The notes: generated by a model not told the origin, from the sequence alone. Counted from the stretch's first letter, positions 12,778 to 23,075 are shown. The stretch is 64,000 nucleotides of DNA from a virus (IMGVR_UViG_3300021431_000083); one strand, 5' to 3'. Program-made: numbers and translations.

Positions 12778-14239
12778 TATTTTCTTTGCACATCCTTTCT
12801 TTTGTTACTGGTTTATATCTTGTCTTATCTACATAATATACTCTACTCTTAGAAATAAGACATTTTTCTTTATCATCCCACCAATAATAATCAATAATAC
12901 AATCTAAATGACCATGATTAATTAAACCCTTAGTATAAAGAGTTTCTTCAGTGATAGTAATACTATCTTTAGCATGTTCAGCACTAACTAATCCACATCC
13001 GCAACATTTATATAATTCCTCACAATCATCGCAGTATTTAATATTAGTAGATATTTCATTATCATGATATTTATCAATAGGCTTTCCACAGCACATACAC
13101 GTTGCAGGGCCAGATAAATTTAAATATAAATTCTTTTTTACATAATTGCGGCAACACCAATAATCAGTATAATGATCTTCAATCATATCAGGATACATTA
13201 CATTCATATAGGTATATATCTTATGGCCGCAATCTATACGTTGAAAATATTCTCGAACATATTTATTGTCATAACTATGAATCATATCTCTATAACATTG
13301 GTTTTTATATTGATATTTCCATCCAATATTTTTTCTTACTATCTCTTGAACTTTATTCAGAATAATTTTAGCTAACACTTCACTTTGATAAGGATAATGT
13401 TTACCAACCAATAAAATATCTCTATGTATAAATACTAAAGTACGCCAGGACTTATTTGGAATTTTAAGACCATTATATTCAAATGGACTTATACTTCTCA
13501 AATAAGCAACTGCCGCAACATTACTATTCATCATTTCAATCGTACCTGTGGAATATGCACCACTATCAATCCAAGACATACAAGAAGTCCAACCAGTTTT
13601 ATTATCACTCATTGTAATAAAATCAACTGGATTAATACTTATAACAAGTTCAGCATCAATTTCTTTATCAGTATTAATTACACTAATATCATCACGCCAC
13701 TTATTAAATGATTTCATGTATGGAAAATTATAATATTGTAATACTTTGCGGACAGCCCTCATTATCTTTGTATCTCTTGGAATTTTCAATACTTTTCCAT
13801 TAGCACCGCCCGCAAAACATCTTTCTTCATTGGTTTTTCCAGTTTCAATATAACAATATTTAGTGTACTCTAAAATATTTCTCAACATTGAAAAAGGAAT
13901 ATCCTCAACAAGGTTGTCCCGCATCCATTCAACTAAATTATTAATAAAAATATGATTACGAGGATCAGATTTATAATATTTAAAATCGTTTACATCATAA
14001 GCAATAAAAGGTGAATAGAGACTCCTCCATTTAGATTTACGATAACTTGAATTTACTTTTTCTTTAACTGGAAAACTAATTCTAAGTTGTTTACCAAAAG
14101 CTCTAAATAAAGTACGTTTATTTTTATTCCAAGTAGATAAAATTTGTTCTATACTTTGCGGTTCTGCATTAGCATAATTAATACACCATTGTCTAATAAT
14201 CTCTTTATCTTCTGATGTTAAGCAATTAAATGGTTGCAC
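12743..14239 (-). CDS. Conserved phage hypothetical protein with C-terminal Zn-finger-like Cys pairs
   Basis: 498-aa ORF with no TGA; CMCC, CDDC and CCGC motifs. Confidence 0.8.
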   Translation of the reverse strand: MQPFNCLTSEDKEIIRQWCINYANAEPQSIEQILSTWNKNKRTLFRAFGKQLRISFPVKEKVNSSYRKSKWRSLYSPFIAYDVNDFKYYKSDPRNHIFINNLVEWMRDNLVEDIPFSMLRNILEYTKYCYIETGKTNEERCFAGGANGKVLKIPRDTKIMRAVRKVLQYYNFPYMKSFNKWRDDISVINTDKEIDAELVISINPVDFITMSDNKTGWTSCMSWIDSGAYSTGTIEMMNSNVAAVAYLRSISPFEYNGLKIPNKSWRTLVFIHRDILLVGKHYPYQSEVLAKIILNKVQEIVRKNIGWKYQYKNQCYRDMIHSYDNKYVREYFQRIDCGHKIYTYMNVMYPDMIEDHYTDYWCCRNYVKKNLYLNLSGPATCMCCGKPIDKYHDNEISTNIKYCDDCEELYKCCGCGLVSAEHAKDSITITEETLYTKGLINHGHLDCIIDYYWWDDKEKCLISKSRVYYVDKTRYKPVTKERMCKENNEVCGTLSASR

Positions 14240-14248
14240 AAATAACTC

Positions 14249-14446
14249 CTAGTAAACATCCAATTCATCCAACTTATCTTTTAAATACTGAGGAAGTTCC
14301 TGATAATTAATACAATATTCTTGTAAGAAATTATCAACTCGTTCTTTTGGGATAGAGAAATACTTATATTTATTAACAAAGTCAATAATATTACTTCCAA
14401 TTTCATTCTCAACCCAAGAGCAATAACTAAAGACTTGATTTAACAT
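14249..14446 (-). CDS. Hypothetical protein
   Basis: ORF with AAGGGAG directly downstream of a promoter. Confidence 0.7.
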   Translation of the reverse strand: MLNQVFSYCSWVENEIGSNIIDFVNKYKYFSIPKERVDNFLQEYCINYQELPQYLKDKLDELDVY

Positions 14447-14469
14447 CTTATCTCCCTTCTCTTTATTAT

Positions 14470-14499
14470 ATTATAACATAAATATAATACAAGGGTCAA
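14470..14499 (-). promoter_or_regulatory. sigma70-type promoter
   Basis: TTGACC-N18-TATAAT with TG extension. Confidence 0.75.
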
Positions 14500-14506
14500 G
14501 AAAAAT

Positions 14507-15295
14507 TTAAAAACTAAGTTGAAGTATATCGTAATAAACACCGCACATACGATCGTCATATATTCTATTCCACGTACCATCAAAATGAAAATGCCCATGA
14601 AACCATGCGTCAAAATTGAGGTTTTTCCTTAGCTCTTCTAGAAATAATTGTCCTACCGTTGAATTATATCTACCGGAAGCATCTGACCTCTTGAACCATG
14701 AGTTTATTAAAGCAGGAGCGTCATGTGTTAAAATAAAATCAAAATGTTCATTCATGTGATATTCCATAAACTCAGCATTCTTTTGAACACTCATTCGTTC
14801 TTGCGGCCACCATGATTGATTTTTAACACGAAAAAACCTATTTTGTTTTTTCATAGACCGTTTTTGTATTTTAAAATATTTATCATTAGGGTCTAATATA
14901 ACATCAGCATCATGTGATTCTGCACCTGGTATAGCTAATATATGAAAATCATTAATATCAAAAATAGTTATTTCATCAACAAAAAATACTGAAAATGACT
15001 CACCTTGTATAGTCGCTTGCCGCGCTTTACCATTAAACAATTTTACTTGTGGACAAGATTGCCAGTAATTATAGTCATCATGATTACCACCAATAACAAT
15101 AGTAGTCCAAGGTTTATCATTTAAAAATTTAAAAACATTTTCAGCTTCTTTATAACTATTAGGTCCAAAAGGCTGACCAAAATCTCCTAGCTGAAACACT
15201 ATATCTTCTTCAGTTAATTGCCGTAAACTAAGGTTTTGACGATATGAAAATCGTTCAATTACTTTTCCATGAGTATCGCCACTACAAAACAGCAT
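14507..15295 (-). CDS. Calcineurin-like metallophosphoesterase
   Basis: GDTHG, GDFG, GNHD, THD and HGHFH motifs. Confidence 0.9.
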   Translation of the reverse strand: MLFCSGDTHGKVIERFSYRQNLSLRQLTEEDIVFQLGDFGQPFGPNSYKEAENVFKFLNDKPWTTIVIGGNHDDYNYWQSCPQVKLFNGKARQATIQGESFSVFFVDEITIFDINDFHILAIPGAESHDADVILDPNDKYFKIQKRSMKKQNRFFRVKNQSWWPQERMSVQKNAEFMEYHMNEHFDFILTHDAPALINSWFKRSDASGRYNSTVGQLFLEELRKNLNFDAWFHGHFHFDGTWNRIYDDRMCGVYYDILQLSF

Positions 15296-15599
15296 CTTTT
15301 ACCTTCCGAACTACTTTAAAACCTCTCCCATTACGTTTTGCTATTGGAGAACTATATATTCTATCTAATACTTGTATTGTTTTTTTATACTCTCTATCAA
15401 CAATTTCTTTAGACTGTTTTAATGCAAATGGTCATACTTCTTTTAATTGATGATAATACTCAATATATAATTCTTCATCAACTGACCGCACGCACCCATC
15501 TTTATCATCTTCATGAATAATTTGATTTAATCTACAATCTGAATGGTCGCAATCTCAACAAGTTAAAGTGACTTGGTATAAATCTTGTTCTTCATCCAT
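15282..15599 (-). CDS. Hypothetical protein, 105 aa, 2 TGA
   Basis: ATG overlaps the upstream TAA (taatg); fills the gap in the operon only if TGA is read; stop TAG. Confidence 0.6.
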
Positions 15600-15862
15600 T
15601 ATAACATCCTCCATTGCTTTAATATCGCTTCTGGGGAATAAGGAATGCGGCAACACTTGTCTAAGAATATTACCCATATAGTTGTATCAGGATCCATTAT
15701 TAAATTGCCATTAATCATTGTTATAGGACCATCTTGTTGTAATTCAACAATATATTGTTGACCATTTTCAAGTAATATATTTTTTAAACTTAAATCCTGA
15801 GCATTAAATGCCGCAGCTTTAAAGGTTTGTGTTGGCCCTATATATTCCAATCTATATGACAT
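15599..15862 (-). CDS. Hypothetical protein
   Basis: Translationally coupled ORF. Confidence 0.7.
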   Translation of the reverse strand: MSYRLEYIGPTQTFKAAAFNAQDLSLKNILLENGQQYIVELQQDGPITMINGNLIMDPDTTIWVIFLDKCCRIPYSPEAILKQWRML

Positions 15863-16116
15863 TATTTACTCTTTCTAATTTCATAAGCCACACAATCGCC
15901 ATATCCAAGTTTATCCCAATATGCTTGTGCTTTATTTATAATTTTTTGAGCCATAGCTTTTTCATAATACTCGCCCGCATCTACGAGTTTAGTTACACGT
16001 TGACCTTTATAATTCAATGCACGAAATGTCGATTGTGGTTCAACTATTTTTTCATTTCCTTCACCATCAGGAAGTGGCATTGGTTTAATAACTTTTCCAT
16101 ATATTAAATAAGCCAT
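15862..16116 (-). CDS. Hypothetical protein
   Basis: GAAAGGA SD; first gene after the promoter. Confidence 0.75.
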   Translation of the reverse strand: MAYLIYGKVIKPMPLPDGEGNEKIVEPQSTFRALNYKGQRVTKLVDAGEYYEKAMAQKIINKAQAYWDKLGYGDCVAYEIRKSK

Positions 16117-16141
16117 GACTAATCCTTTCTTTATTTATTAT

Positions 16142-16171
16142 ATTATAGCACATATGCCGCACATCTGTCAA
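16142..16171 (-). promoter_or_regulatory. sigma70-type promoter (leftward)
   Basis: TTGACA-N18-TATAAT with TG extension. Confidence 0.85.
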
Positions 16172-16197
16172 TAAAAATTTGAAAACTAAAATTTTTT

Positions 16198-16240
16198 ATA
16201 AGTAATTGAGCTATACTTTAGTATAGCGAAAATTACTTAT
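16198..16240. repeat. Imperfect inverted repeat between divergent promoters
   Basis: ataagtaatt-ga-gctatac-ttta-gtatagc-gaa-aattacttat. Confidence 0.75.
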
Positions 16241-16341
16241 TTTTAATAAAAAGATTATAACTCAAATTAGATGAATAGAATATATCACATCTTTTTCCTT
16301 TTTGTCAAATAAAATTCTTTTTCAGATGCCTTAGAAATTAT

Positions 16342-16370
16342 TTGACAATCGTTTATCCTAATGATATAAT
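16342..16370 (+). promoter_or_regulatory. sigma70-type promoter (rightward)
   Basis: TTGACA-N17-TATAAT with TG extension. Confidence 0.9.
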
Positions 16371-16404
16371 ATATTTAAAGAATAATTGATATGAAAGGAA
16401 TTAT

Positions 16405-16602
16405 ATGACTAAATATCATGTGTCTCAATCTGAAAATGGAAAAACTATTACCTATGGTGATTTTAATGCAAATAGTCCAAAAGAAGCTATTAACATGGCT
16501 TGCGGCGTAGCTAAGAAAGCATATCCTCAGTATAACCGCAAGATACCTTTTATAGTTAAAGAATATGGTCATGAAACAGAGAAAGTGAAATATCATGAGT
16601 AA
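16405..16602 (+). CDS. Hypothetical early protein
   Basis: GAAAGGA SD, stop TAA. Confidence 0.75.
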   Translation: MTKYHVSQSENGKTITYGDFNANSPKEAINMACGVAKKAYPQYNRKIPFIVKEYGHETEKVKYHE

Positions 16603-17080
16603 ACATAGTAAAATTCTAGACTCTTGGAAAGATAAAATTATTGTAGGTGGAATTAGAGTTCCTGTTTATTATGTAACAAAGTCAAGTAAATATGGAATTT
16701 TCACTTGTTCTGTTAAACCATGCCCGCAAGATTATCCTAATATTAATGATTGGGATGGTTATCGTTTTGCTGAACGTAAGTGCGATATTGAAATTGCTCA
16801 TACTAAAGCTAAAGTATTAAAAGAACGTGCCCGTGGTATCCTCAATGTTCATAAAACTCTTCATACTAAATATAAAACAACTAAACAATATGAACTTGGC
16901 ATCGTATTAGGCGATATTTATTATCAATATGAATTAGCTCAAGAAGAGTATGAAAAAGCTTACGCTCAATATAAATATATGAAAGATTCATTCCCAGATT
17001 ATACATCCCGCATGATCGAACGTCGTAAACAGCTAAATAAGAAACTTGAAGAGAAACGTGCGGCCGAACTGCAGGATTAA
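16595..17080 (+). CDS. Hypothetical early protein
   Basis: Overlapping ORF, stop TAA. Confidence 0.8.
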   Translation: MSKHSKILDSWKDKIIVGGIRVPVYYVTKSSKYGIFTCSVKPCPQDYPNINDWDGYRFAERKCDIEIAHTKAKVLKERARGILNVHKTLHTKYKTTKQYELGIVLGDIYYQYELAQEEYEKAYAQYKYMKDSFPDYTSRMIERRKQLNKKLEEKRAAELQD

Positions 17081-17087
17081 GTATTTA

Positions 17088-17136
17088 AGCAGATATTGAG
17101 ATTTTCTTGACATCTGCTATTTTTATATGGTATAAT
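17088..17136 (+). promoter_or_regulatory. Terminator-like hairpin containing the -35 box of a sigma70 promoter
   Basis: agcagat...atctgct stem plus T-tract; TTGACA 17107-17112, TATAAT 17131-17136. Confidence 0.75.
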
Positions 17137-17158
17137 TATATAAATAGAAAGGATAATT

Positions 17159-17362
17159 ATGCTTAGCGGACAAGTTGGTAATTATAAATATTATACTTTA
17201 GACGATATACAAGATATGATTTATAATGCTCAAGATGACAATACTGAAGAAGAAGCTTGGTGTGTAATTAAAAAGGATATACTTGAAATGGCTGTATTAA
17301 TTAAACAATATGCTGAGATACTTAATGATTATGAATTTAGATATGAAGACGATGGGAGGTAA
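17159..17362 (+). CDS. Hypothetical protein
   Basis: GAAAGGA SD. Confidence 0.75.
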   Translation: MLSGQVGNYKYYTLDDIQDMIYNAQDDNTEEEAWCVIKKDILEMAVLIKQYAEILNDYEFRYEDDGR

Positions 17363-17364
17363 GA

Positions 17365-19221
17365 TTGAATAATTTATATAAAGAAGATAGTATTGAATCA
17401 TTATCTCCTTTAGAACATGTTCGGCTTCGTCCAGGTATGTATGTCGGAGATACAGCAGATGCGACACAATTAGCAATTGAAATTCTTGGTAATGCTATTG
17501 ATGAATATAATATTGGTCATGGAAATAAAATTGAAATTCAAATTGATGATAATGGTATTAGTGTAATTGACGCTGGACAAGGCTTTCCAATCAATGTTCT
17601 TCGAGATGATGGAGAAACAGTTCTTCAAGCATCTTTTGATGTTATTAATACTTCAGGAAAATACAGGGATGATGGAGTATATGAAGGAACGGCAATTGGT
17701 CTTAATGGAATTGGTGGAAAATTAACTAACTTTCTTAGTCATTGGCTAAGAGTAATTTCCTTTAATTCAAAAGGAGAATATGAAGATATTCTTTTTAAAG
17801 AAGGTATATTTGAAAAAAGAGAAACTGGGAAGAAGAATTCTCATAGTTCTGGAACAATCGTCTCCTTTCAACCAAGCAAAGAATTTTTTACTTCACCAAA
17901 AGTAAATGAAACTAAACTCCGCAATTTCTGCGAAGATATTACTTGTCTTTGCCCTGGATTAATTATTATATTTAATGGCGATGAGATTAAACACAACGGC
18001 ATTCAAGATTTACTTAATCGCTCTCTTGGAAATAGCCTTTCTATTTTAAATAATAATTTTATTATCCAAGAGCAAGTGAATAAACAAAAACTTGATTTAG
18101 CTTTAACTTATTGTGATAAATCATCTACGAATATTATTTCTTATGTTAATTGCGGCTTAACTACTGCAGGACCGCATATTACGAGTATTAAATCATGTAT
18201 TACTCGTACTTTAAATAAATGGGCAAAAGAACAAGGTATACTAAAAGAAAAGGATAAAAATCTTGAAGGTGCGGCATTGCAAGAGGGACTTGTTCTTGTT
18301 TGTAATATTACCGCTGAAAATGTTGCCTATGACGCACAGGTTAAAAGCAATATCACTAAAATTGATACTACTTTTATATCTTCAATTCTTAGTGAACAGT
18401 TGGAGATTTGGCTCGACAATAATGTTACTGATGGAAAGAATATTATTGAAAAAGCATTAATTGCTCGCAAAGCTGCCGAAGCTGCGAAAAAAGCACGTGC
18501 CGCAGTTAAAGCCAATAAAACTAAAAAATCATCTAGTAAAGTTAAGATTCTTCATCCAGATAAACTAAAAGATGCAGAATACCTTGGTGAAGATAGTACA
18601 CTTCTTTTAGTAGAAGGATTGTCAGCTGGCGCATCAATGGCTGTTGCTCGTGATAGACAAAAATATGGTATTCTAATGTTACGTGGTAAATTAATCAATG
18701 CTTTTTCCAACAGTAAAGAAAAATTAGAGAAGAATGAAGAAATTCAATTACTTCTTAAAGCATTAAATATTATACCTGGTGCATATGATCCATCTGATTT
18801 GCGGTATGGACGTGTTGCAATTTGTACAGACTCCGATAGTGACGGTTATCATATTGGTCTTTTAATTGCAACCGCTTTGCAACATTTTTGTCCGGAATTC
18901 ATCGAAGAACAACGTCTATGTTGGTTACGTTCACCATTATACATTGTTAAAACTAAACAAGGTGAACAATATTATTTTACAGATGAAGAAATGAATGCTG
19001 CTCGTGGTAAAATAACTGGTGAAGTACAGCGCAACAAAGGATTGGGTAGTCTTAGTGCAGATCAGGCTAAAGCGTCTATGTTTGGTAAAAATCAGCGCAT
19101 GGATATTTTAAATCCAACAGAAGAAGCAATTAATTTACTTAAAGCATTAATGGGAAGCTCAGGTATCGCCCGCAAAGAGTTTGTATTCAATGAAATTGAT
19201 TTTTCAACCGTACGTGAGTAG
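17365..19221 (+). CDS. gyrB: Type IIA topoisomerase subunit B (GyrB/ParE-like)
   Basis: EHVRLRPGMY, GHKL ATPase GLNGIGG, Toprim EGLSA and DSDSDG, NKGLG; TTG start. Confidence 0.93.
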   Translation: MNNLYKEDSIESLSPLEHVRLRPGMYVGDTADATQLAIEILGNAIDEYNIGHGNKIEIQIDDNGISVIDAGQGFPINVLRDDGETVLQASFDVINTSGKYRDDGVYEGTAIGLNGIGGKLTNFLSHWLRVISFNSKGEYEDILFKEGIFEKRETGKKNSHSSGTIVSFQPSKEFFTSPKVNETKLRNFCEDITCLCPGLIIIFNGDEIKHNGIQDLLNRSLGNSLSILNNNFIIQEQVNKQKLDLALTYCDKSSTNIISYVNCGLTTAGPHITSIKSCITRTLNKWAKEQGILKEKDKNLEGAALQEGLVLVCNITAENVAYDAQVKSNITKIDTTFISSILSEQLEIWLDNNVTDGKNIIEKALIARKAAEAAKKARAAVKANKTKKSSSKVKILHPDKLKDAEYLGEDSTLLLVEGLSAGASMAVARDRQKYGILMLRGKLINAFSNSKEKLEKNEEIQLLLKALNIIPGAYDPSDLRYGRVAICTDSDSDGYHIGLLIATALQHFCPEFIEEQRLCWLRSPLYIVKTKQGEQYYFTDEEMNAARGKITGEVQRNKGLGSLSADQAKASMFGKNQRMDILNPTEEAINLLKALMGSSGIARKEFVFNEIDFSTVRE

Positions 19222-19229
19222 GAGAGAAC

Positions 19230-21563
19230 ATGAATGAAGTATTAGAATTAGAAGATGTAATTAAAGAATCTTTTACTCAGTACGCAGGCGCAGTTATTCA
19301 GTCTCGTGCGCTTGTAGATGTGCGGGACTGTATTAAACCATCTGCTCGTCAGGTGTATTATAGTTTATTCACAGACAAATTTACATCCGACAAGCCTTTC
19401 AAAAAAACACTCAAAGCAATTGGTTCTGCAATGCGTTTTTATATTCATGGTGATGCATCTTGCGAAGGTATTATTATGCGTTCAGGCCAACCGTTTGCTA
19501 TGCGTTATCCTTTAATTGAAATTGAAGGTTCATATGGAACACTTACTGAAACAGGTAACTGGGCCGCGAGTCGTTATACATCATCAAGATTATCTCCAAT
19601 ATCAAATTATTTATTACAAGATACTAATAAATATACTATTGATGAGTGGATAGACAATTATGATGATACAGAACAATATCCACGAGTCCTTTCTTCTCTT
19701 GGATATTACAATATTGTGAATGGATCAACTGGTATCGCAGTTGGTCTTGCATCTAGCATTCCACAATTTAATCTTGGTGAAGTAAACAATGCTTTAATTA
19801 AACTTCTTCAAGATAAAAATGTCTCTGATGATGATATTCTTTGTTATCCTGATTTTGCAACTGGCGCAACTTTAATTAATAAAGCGGAAGTTGCTGCAAG
19901 TCTTAAACAAGGTAAGGGTAAAGCTTGTATATTACAAGCAACAATTAATTATGACGACAAAGAAAAAACTCTAATCGTCACTGATTTGCCCTATGGCGTA
20001 TATACTAATACTATTTGCGGCGAAATAGCTAAATTAGTGTCTGAAAATCCTGATATTGGAATTACTGGTATTAATGACTTAACTGGTGAAGATGTTTGTA
20101 TCAAAATTTATCTTGATAAAAGCGTAGACCAAGAAAAAATTAAACAAATATTATATGCTAATACATCACTTCAAAAATCATATAGTATTAATATGACGAT
20201 GCTTGAAGATGGTCGTTTTCCAAAAATTTATGGATGGCGGCAAGCTTTACAAGCTCATCTTGACCATGAAAAAATAGTTTATATTAATCTATATCAACAA
20301 GAACTTAACAAACTAGAGCATCGTTTAAAAATTGTTGAAGGAATTATTAAAGCAATTGCACAGATTGATGAAGTTATTAAAATTATTAAACAATCTCCTA
20401 GCACTAAAGAAGCTAATATTAATTTACAAAAGTTACTTATTATAGATGAAGAGCAGGCTAAAGCTATTCTTGATATGAAATTATCTCGATTAGCTAAGCT
20501 TGAAGTTGATAAATTCATTGAAGAAAAAATTCAATTACTAGATCGTATTTCTACTATTAAAGCAATTCTTAAATCTGAGGAATTATTAAAGCAAGAAATG
20601 ATTAAACGATTCCAAGAGGTAAGTAATAAATTTAGTGATAAACGTAGGACAGTTATTGCGGAACGAGCTGCAGCAAAAACCACTAAGACGGCAAAAGAAA
20701 AAGTTGCAGCTATACCTGAAGATGTAGTTGTTTATATGAATAAAGATAGATATATTAAATCTATCCCTGTTAAATCATATCGTCGTGGTAAAGAGCAAGT
20801 TATAAATTTATTTAAAACAACAACCGCAGATATGGTTATGTTATTTACTAGCACAGGCCGCATGTTCCGTATTAAATTAAATACAATTAAAACTTGCGGC
20901 ATGAATGATAAGGGAACTGCTGTAGGTTCTATTGTTCAACTTGAACCAGATGAATATATTTTGAACATCGTTCCCAATACAGCGCAACAAGATTTTATCT
21001 TATTCACAACTAAAAAGGGTATTGTTAAGAAAACTAAATTAAAAGATTATATTAGTAGCACTCAGAATCTTCGTGGCATCAAAGCTGTAAGTATTAAAGG
21101 TGATGATGAGCTACTATCTGTTTCTCTTGGATATGATACAGATAATATTATTCTTGTCACTGGTAATGGTTATAGTATTAGATTTGCAGCAGATGATATT
21201 AATGCACAAGGTAAAACAGCTAGTGGCGTTAAAGGTATTACTCTAAATGATTCTGATTATGTAGTTAGTACAATTCTTTGTAATGAAGAAGATCCCATTT
21301 TTATTTTTGAAGAGGGTGGTTATGGAAAAATAATCGCTAATAAAGTTTTTCAGTCTCAAGGACGTGGCGGAAAAGGACAAAAAATTAAAACAAATAATAC
21401 TATTCTATGTGCTATGAGTGTTAAAATAACTGATGAACTCTACTTAGTACATTCATCTAATAATATTTCTTCTATCAAGATATTTACAATTCCATTTTCG
21501 ACTAAGAATGATACAAGTAAAAAACTGTCATCTAAAATAGTTCTTGACATATATACCTTATAA
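19230..21563 (+). CDS. gyrA: Type IIA topoisomerase subunit A (GyrA/ParC-like) with beta-pinwheel CTD
   Basis: DCIKP, HGD, AASRYT (catalytic Tyr), C-terminal blades including QGRGGKG. Confidence 0.93.
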   Translation: MNEVLELEDVIKESFTQYAGAVIQSRALVDVRDCIKPSARQVYYSLFTDKFTSDKPFKKTLKAIGSAMRFYIHGDASCEGIIMRSGQPFAMRYPLIEIEGSYGTLTETGNWAASRYTSSRLSPISNYLLQDTNKYTIDEWIDNYDDTEQYPRVLSSLGYYNIVNGSTGIAVGLASSIPQFNLGEVNNALIKLLQDKNVSDDDILCYPDFATGATLINKAEVAASLKQGKGKACILQATINYDDKEKTLIVTDLPYGVYTNTICGEIAKLVSENPDIGITGINDLTGEDVCIKIYLDKSVDQEKIKQILYANTSLQKSYSINMTMLEDGRFPKIYGWRQALQAHLDHEKIVYINLYQQELNKLEHRLKIVEGIIKAIAQIDEVIKIIKQSPSTKEANINLQKLLIIDEEQAKAILDMKLSRLAKLEVDKFIEEKIQLLDRISTIKAILKSEELLKQEMIKRFQEVSNKFSDKRRTVIAERAAAKTTKTAKEKVAAIPEDVVVYMNKDRYIKSIPVKSYRRGKEQVINLFKTTTADMVMLFTSTGRMFRIKLNTIKTCGMNDKGTAVGSIVQLEPDEYILNIVPNTAQQDFILFTTKKGIVKKTKLKDYISSTQNLRGIKAVSIKGDDELLSVSLGYDTDNIILVTGNGYSIRFAADDINAQGKTASGVKGITLNDSDYVVSTILCNEEDPIFIFEEGGYGKIIANKVFQSQGRGGKGQKIKTNNTILCAMSVKITDELYLVHSSNNISSIKIFTIPFSTKNDTSKKLSSKIVLDIYTL

Positions 21564-21572
21564 TGATATAAT
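21544..21572 (+). promoter_or_regulatory. sigma70-type promoter
   Basis: TTGACA-N17-TATAAT with TG extension. Confidence 0.85.
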
Positions 21573-21573
21573 A

Positions 21574-21606
21574 ATAGAGTAAGGTAAAAGCCTTACTCTA
21601 TTTTAT
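21574..21606 (+). terminator. Intrinsic terminator after the topoisomerase genes
   Basis: atagagtaagg/ccttactctat stem plus T-tract. Confidence 0.8.
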
Positions 21607-21623
21607 TATAGAAAGGAACTATA

Positions 21624-22784
21624 ATGACATTGTATGAAGGCAGTCACCAAATTCCCGCTATGCGATATCATAATAAACTTAGCGATGCTAAAGTAGATGT
21701 TGCAATGACTAATGGCGAATGGTGCATGCAAGAAAAAAAAGATGGATGTTTTTATCAATTAGAAAAAATAGATAACGATCATATTTATCTTTTTTCTCGT
21801 ACCAAAAGTAAGAAAACAGGAGAACTTGCTGAAAAAGGTGGTAATGTGCCGCACATTATAAAATGGGCACGTGAATATCTCCCAGATGATACTGTTCTCT
21901 TAGGAGAGATATATATTCCTGGTGGTCATAGCAATGACGTAACTTCAATCATGGGATGTTTACCTAAAAATGCTATTGCACGACAAGAAGTATCTGATTG
22001 GGTACATTATTATGTATTCGATTGTATTTATTATGCAGGAAACAATCTTTGCGATAATACTTTTGAAACTCGTGTAGGGCATTATCTTGAATATATGCTT
22101 TATGATGCTTTTGAAGCGGGTAATTATATTGGCGGATACCAACCTGTAAACGAATACATTGAAATGGCAACTACTTATACTCTTGGAGAAAATATTAATA
22201 TAGGTATTGGATGTAAGTCATTTCAAGAAAAACTAAATGAAATATTCACGGCTGGTGGTGAAGGCGCAGTTTTCAAACGCCTTGATGGTATTTATGAACC
22301 AGATAAGCGTCCTATGACTTGTTTTAAAATGAAAGAACATGTCGATTCAGTCGATTTAGTTATAATGGATTTACTTGATCCTGTCAAAGAATATAGTGGT
22401 AAAGAGTTAGATACTTGGCCTTATTGGTATGATACTAAATATGAAGAAGAAGTTTATGTTGGGCATGGCGCTATAAAAGATTTAATTAAATCTGATAGAT
22501 ACTATCCTATTACAAAACATTATTTTTTTGGATGGAAAAATGGGATGCAACTTGGTGCTTATAAGGATGGTCAAATTATTGAGGTCGGGCGTGTAGCATC
22601 CGGTCTTACAGATGAAATGCGTGAAGACATGGCCGCACATCCTGAAAATTATCTTGGTAAAGTAGCTCAAATTTCGTGTATGAGTCTTAATAAAAAAGAC
22701 CATACTATTAGACACCCAGTATTTGAATGTATGCGGCCAGACAAAGATGAAAATGATTGTCTACTAGATGAAATATTTAATTAG
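21624..22784 (+). CDS. lig: ATP-dependent DNA ligase
   Basis: EKKDG (KxDG), EGAVFK and FKMK motifs; C-terminal OB fold ending IRHPVF...RPDK. Confidence 0.9.
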   Translation: MTLYEGSHQIPAMRYHNKLSDAKVDVAMTNGEWCMQEKKDGCFYQLEKIDNDHIYLFSRTKSKKTGELAEKGGNVPHIIKWAREYLPDDTVLLGEIYIPGGHSNDVTSIMGCLPKNAIARQEVSDWVHYYVFDCIYYAGNNLCDNTFETRVGHYLEYMLYDAFEAGNYIGGYQPVNEYIEMATTYTLGENINIGIGCKSFQEKLNEIFTAGGEGAVFKRLDGIYEPDKRPMTCFKMKEHVDSVDLVIMDLLDPVKEYSGKELDTWPYWYDTKYEEEVYVGHGAIKDLIKSDRYYPITKHYFFGWKNGMQLGAYKDGQIIEVGRVASGLTDEMREDMAAHPENYLGKVAQISCMSLNKKDHTIRHPVFECMRPDKDENDCLLDEIFN

Positions 22785-22792
22785 GTAATCAT

Positions 22793-22954
22793 ATGGAAGA
22801 ATATAAAGATAAACAATGTAAAGATTGTTTCTATGCAACATATTTTGGGCAATGTCTATATTATTATAAATATACGCTGTTAGATGCACCCGCATGTAAA
22901 TATTTTATTCCAGTTCTTACGACTAATAAAAAATATAACAATTGTGAAAAATAA
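22793..22954 (+). CDS. Small Cys-rich protein, 53 aa
   Basis: CKDC...C...C pattern; below the track cutoff. Confidence 0.5.
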   Translation: MEEYKDKQCKDCFYATYFGQCLYYYKYTLLDAPACKYFIPVLTTNKKYNNCEK

Positions 22955-22957
22955 TTA

Positions 22958-22987
22958 TAGACAGCCGCAATAGTTATATAGTATAAT
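22958..22987 (+). promoter_or_regulatory. sigma70-type promoter
   Basis: TAGACA-N18-TATAAT. Confidence 0.7.
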
Positions 22988-23075
22988 ATATGTAGAAAGT
23001 GAGAGATAAGAAATCTCTCTTATACAAGCCATAATATTTATTAATAAGTATTAAGATTGAAAAGGAGAAATTACT

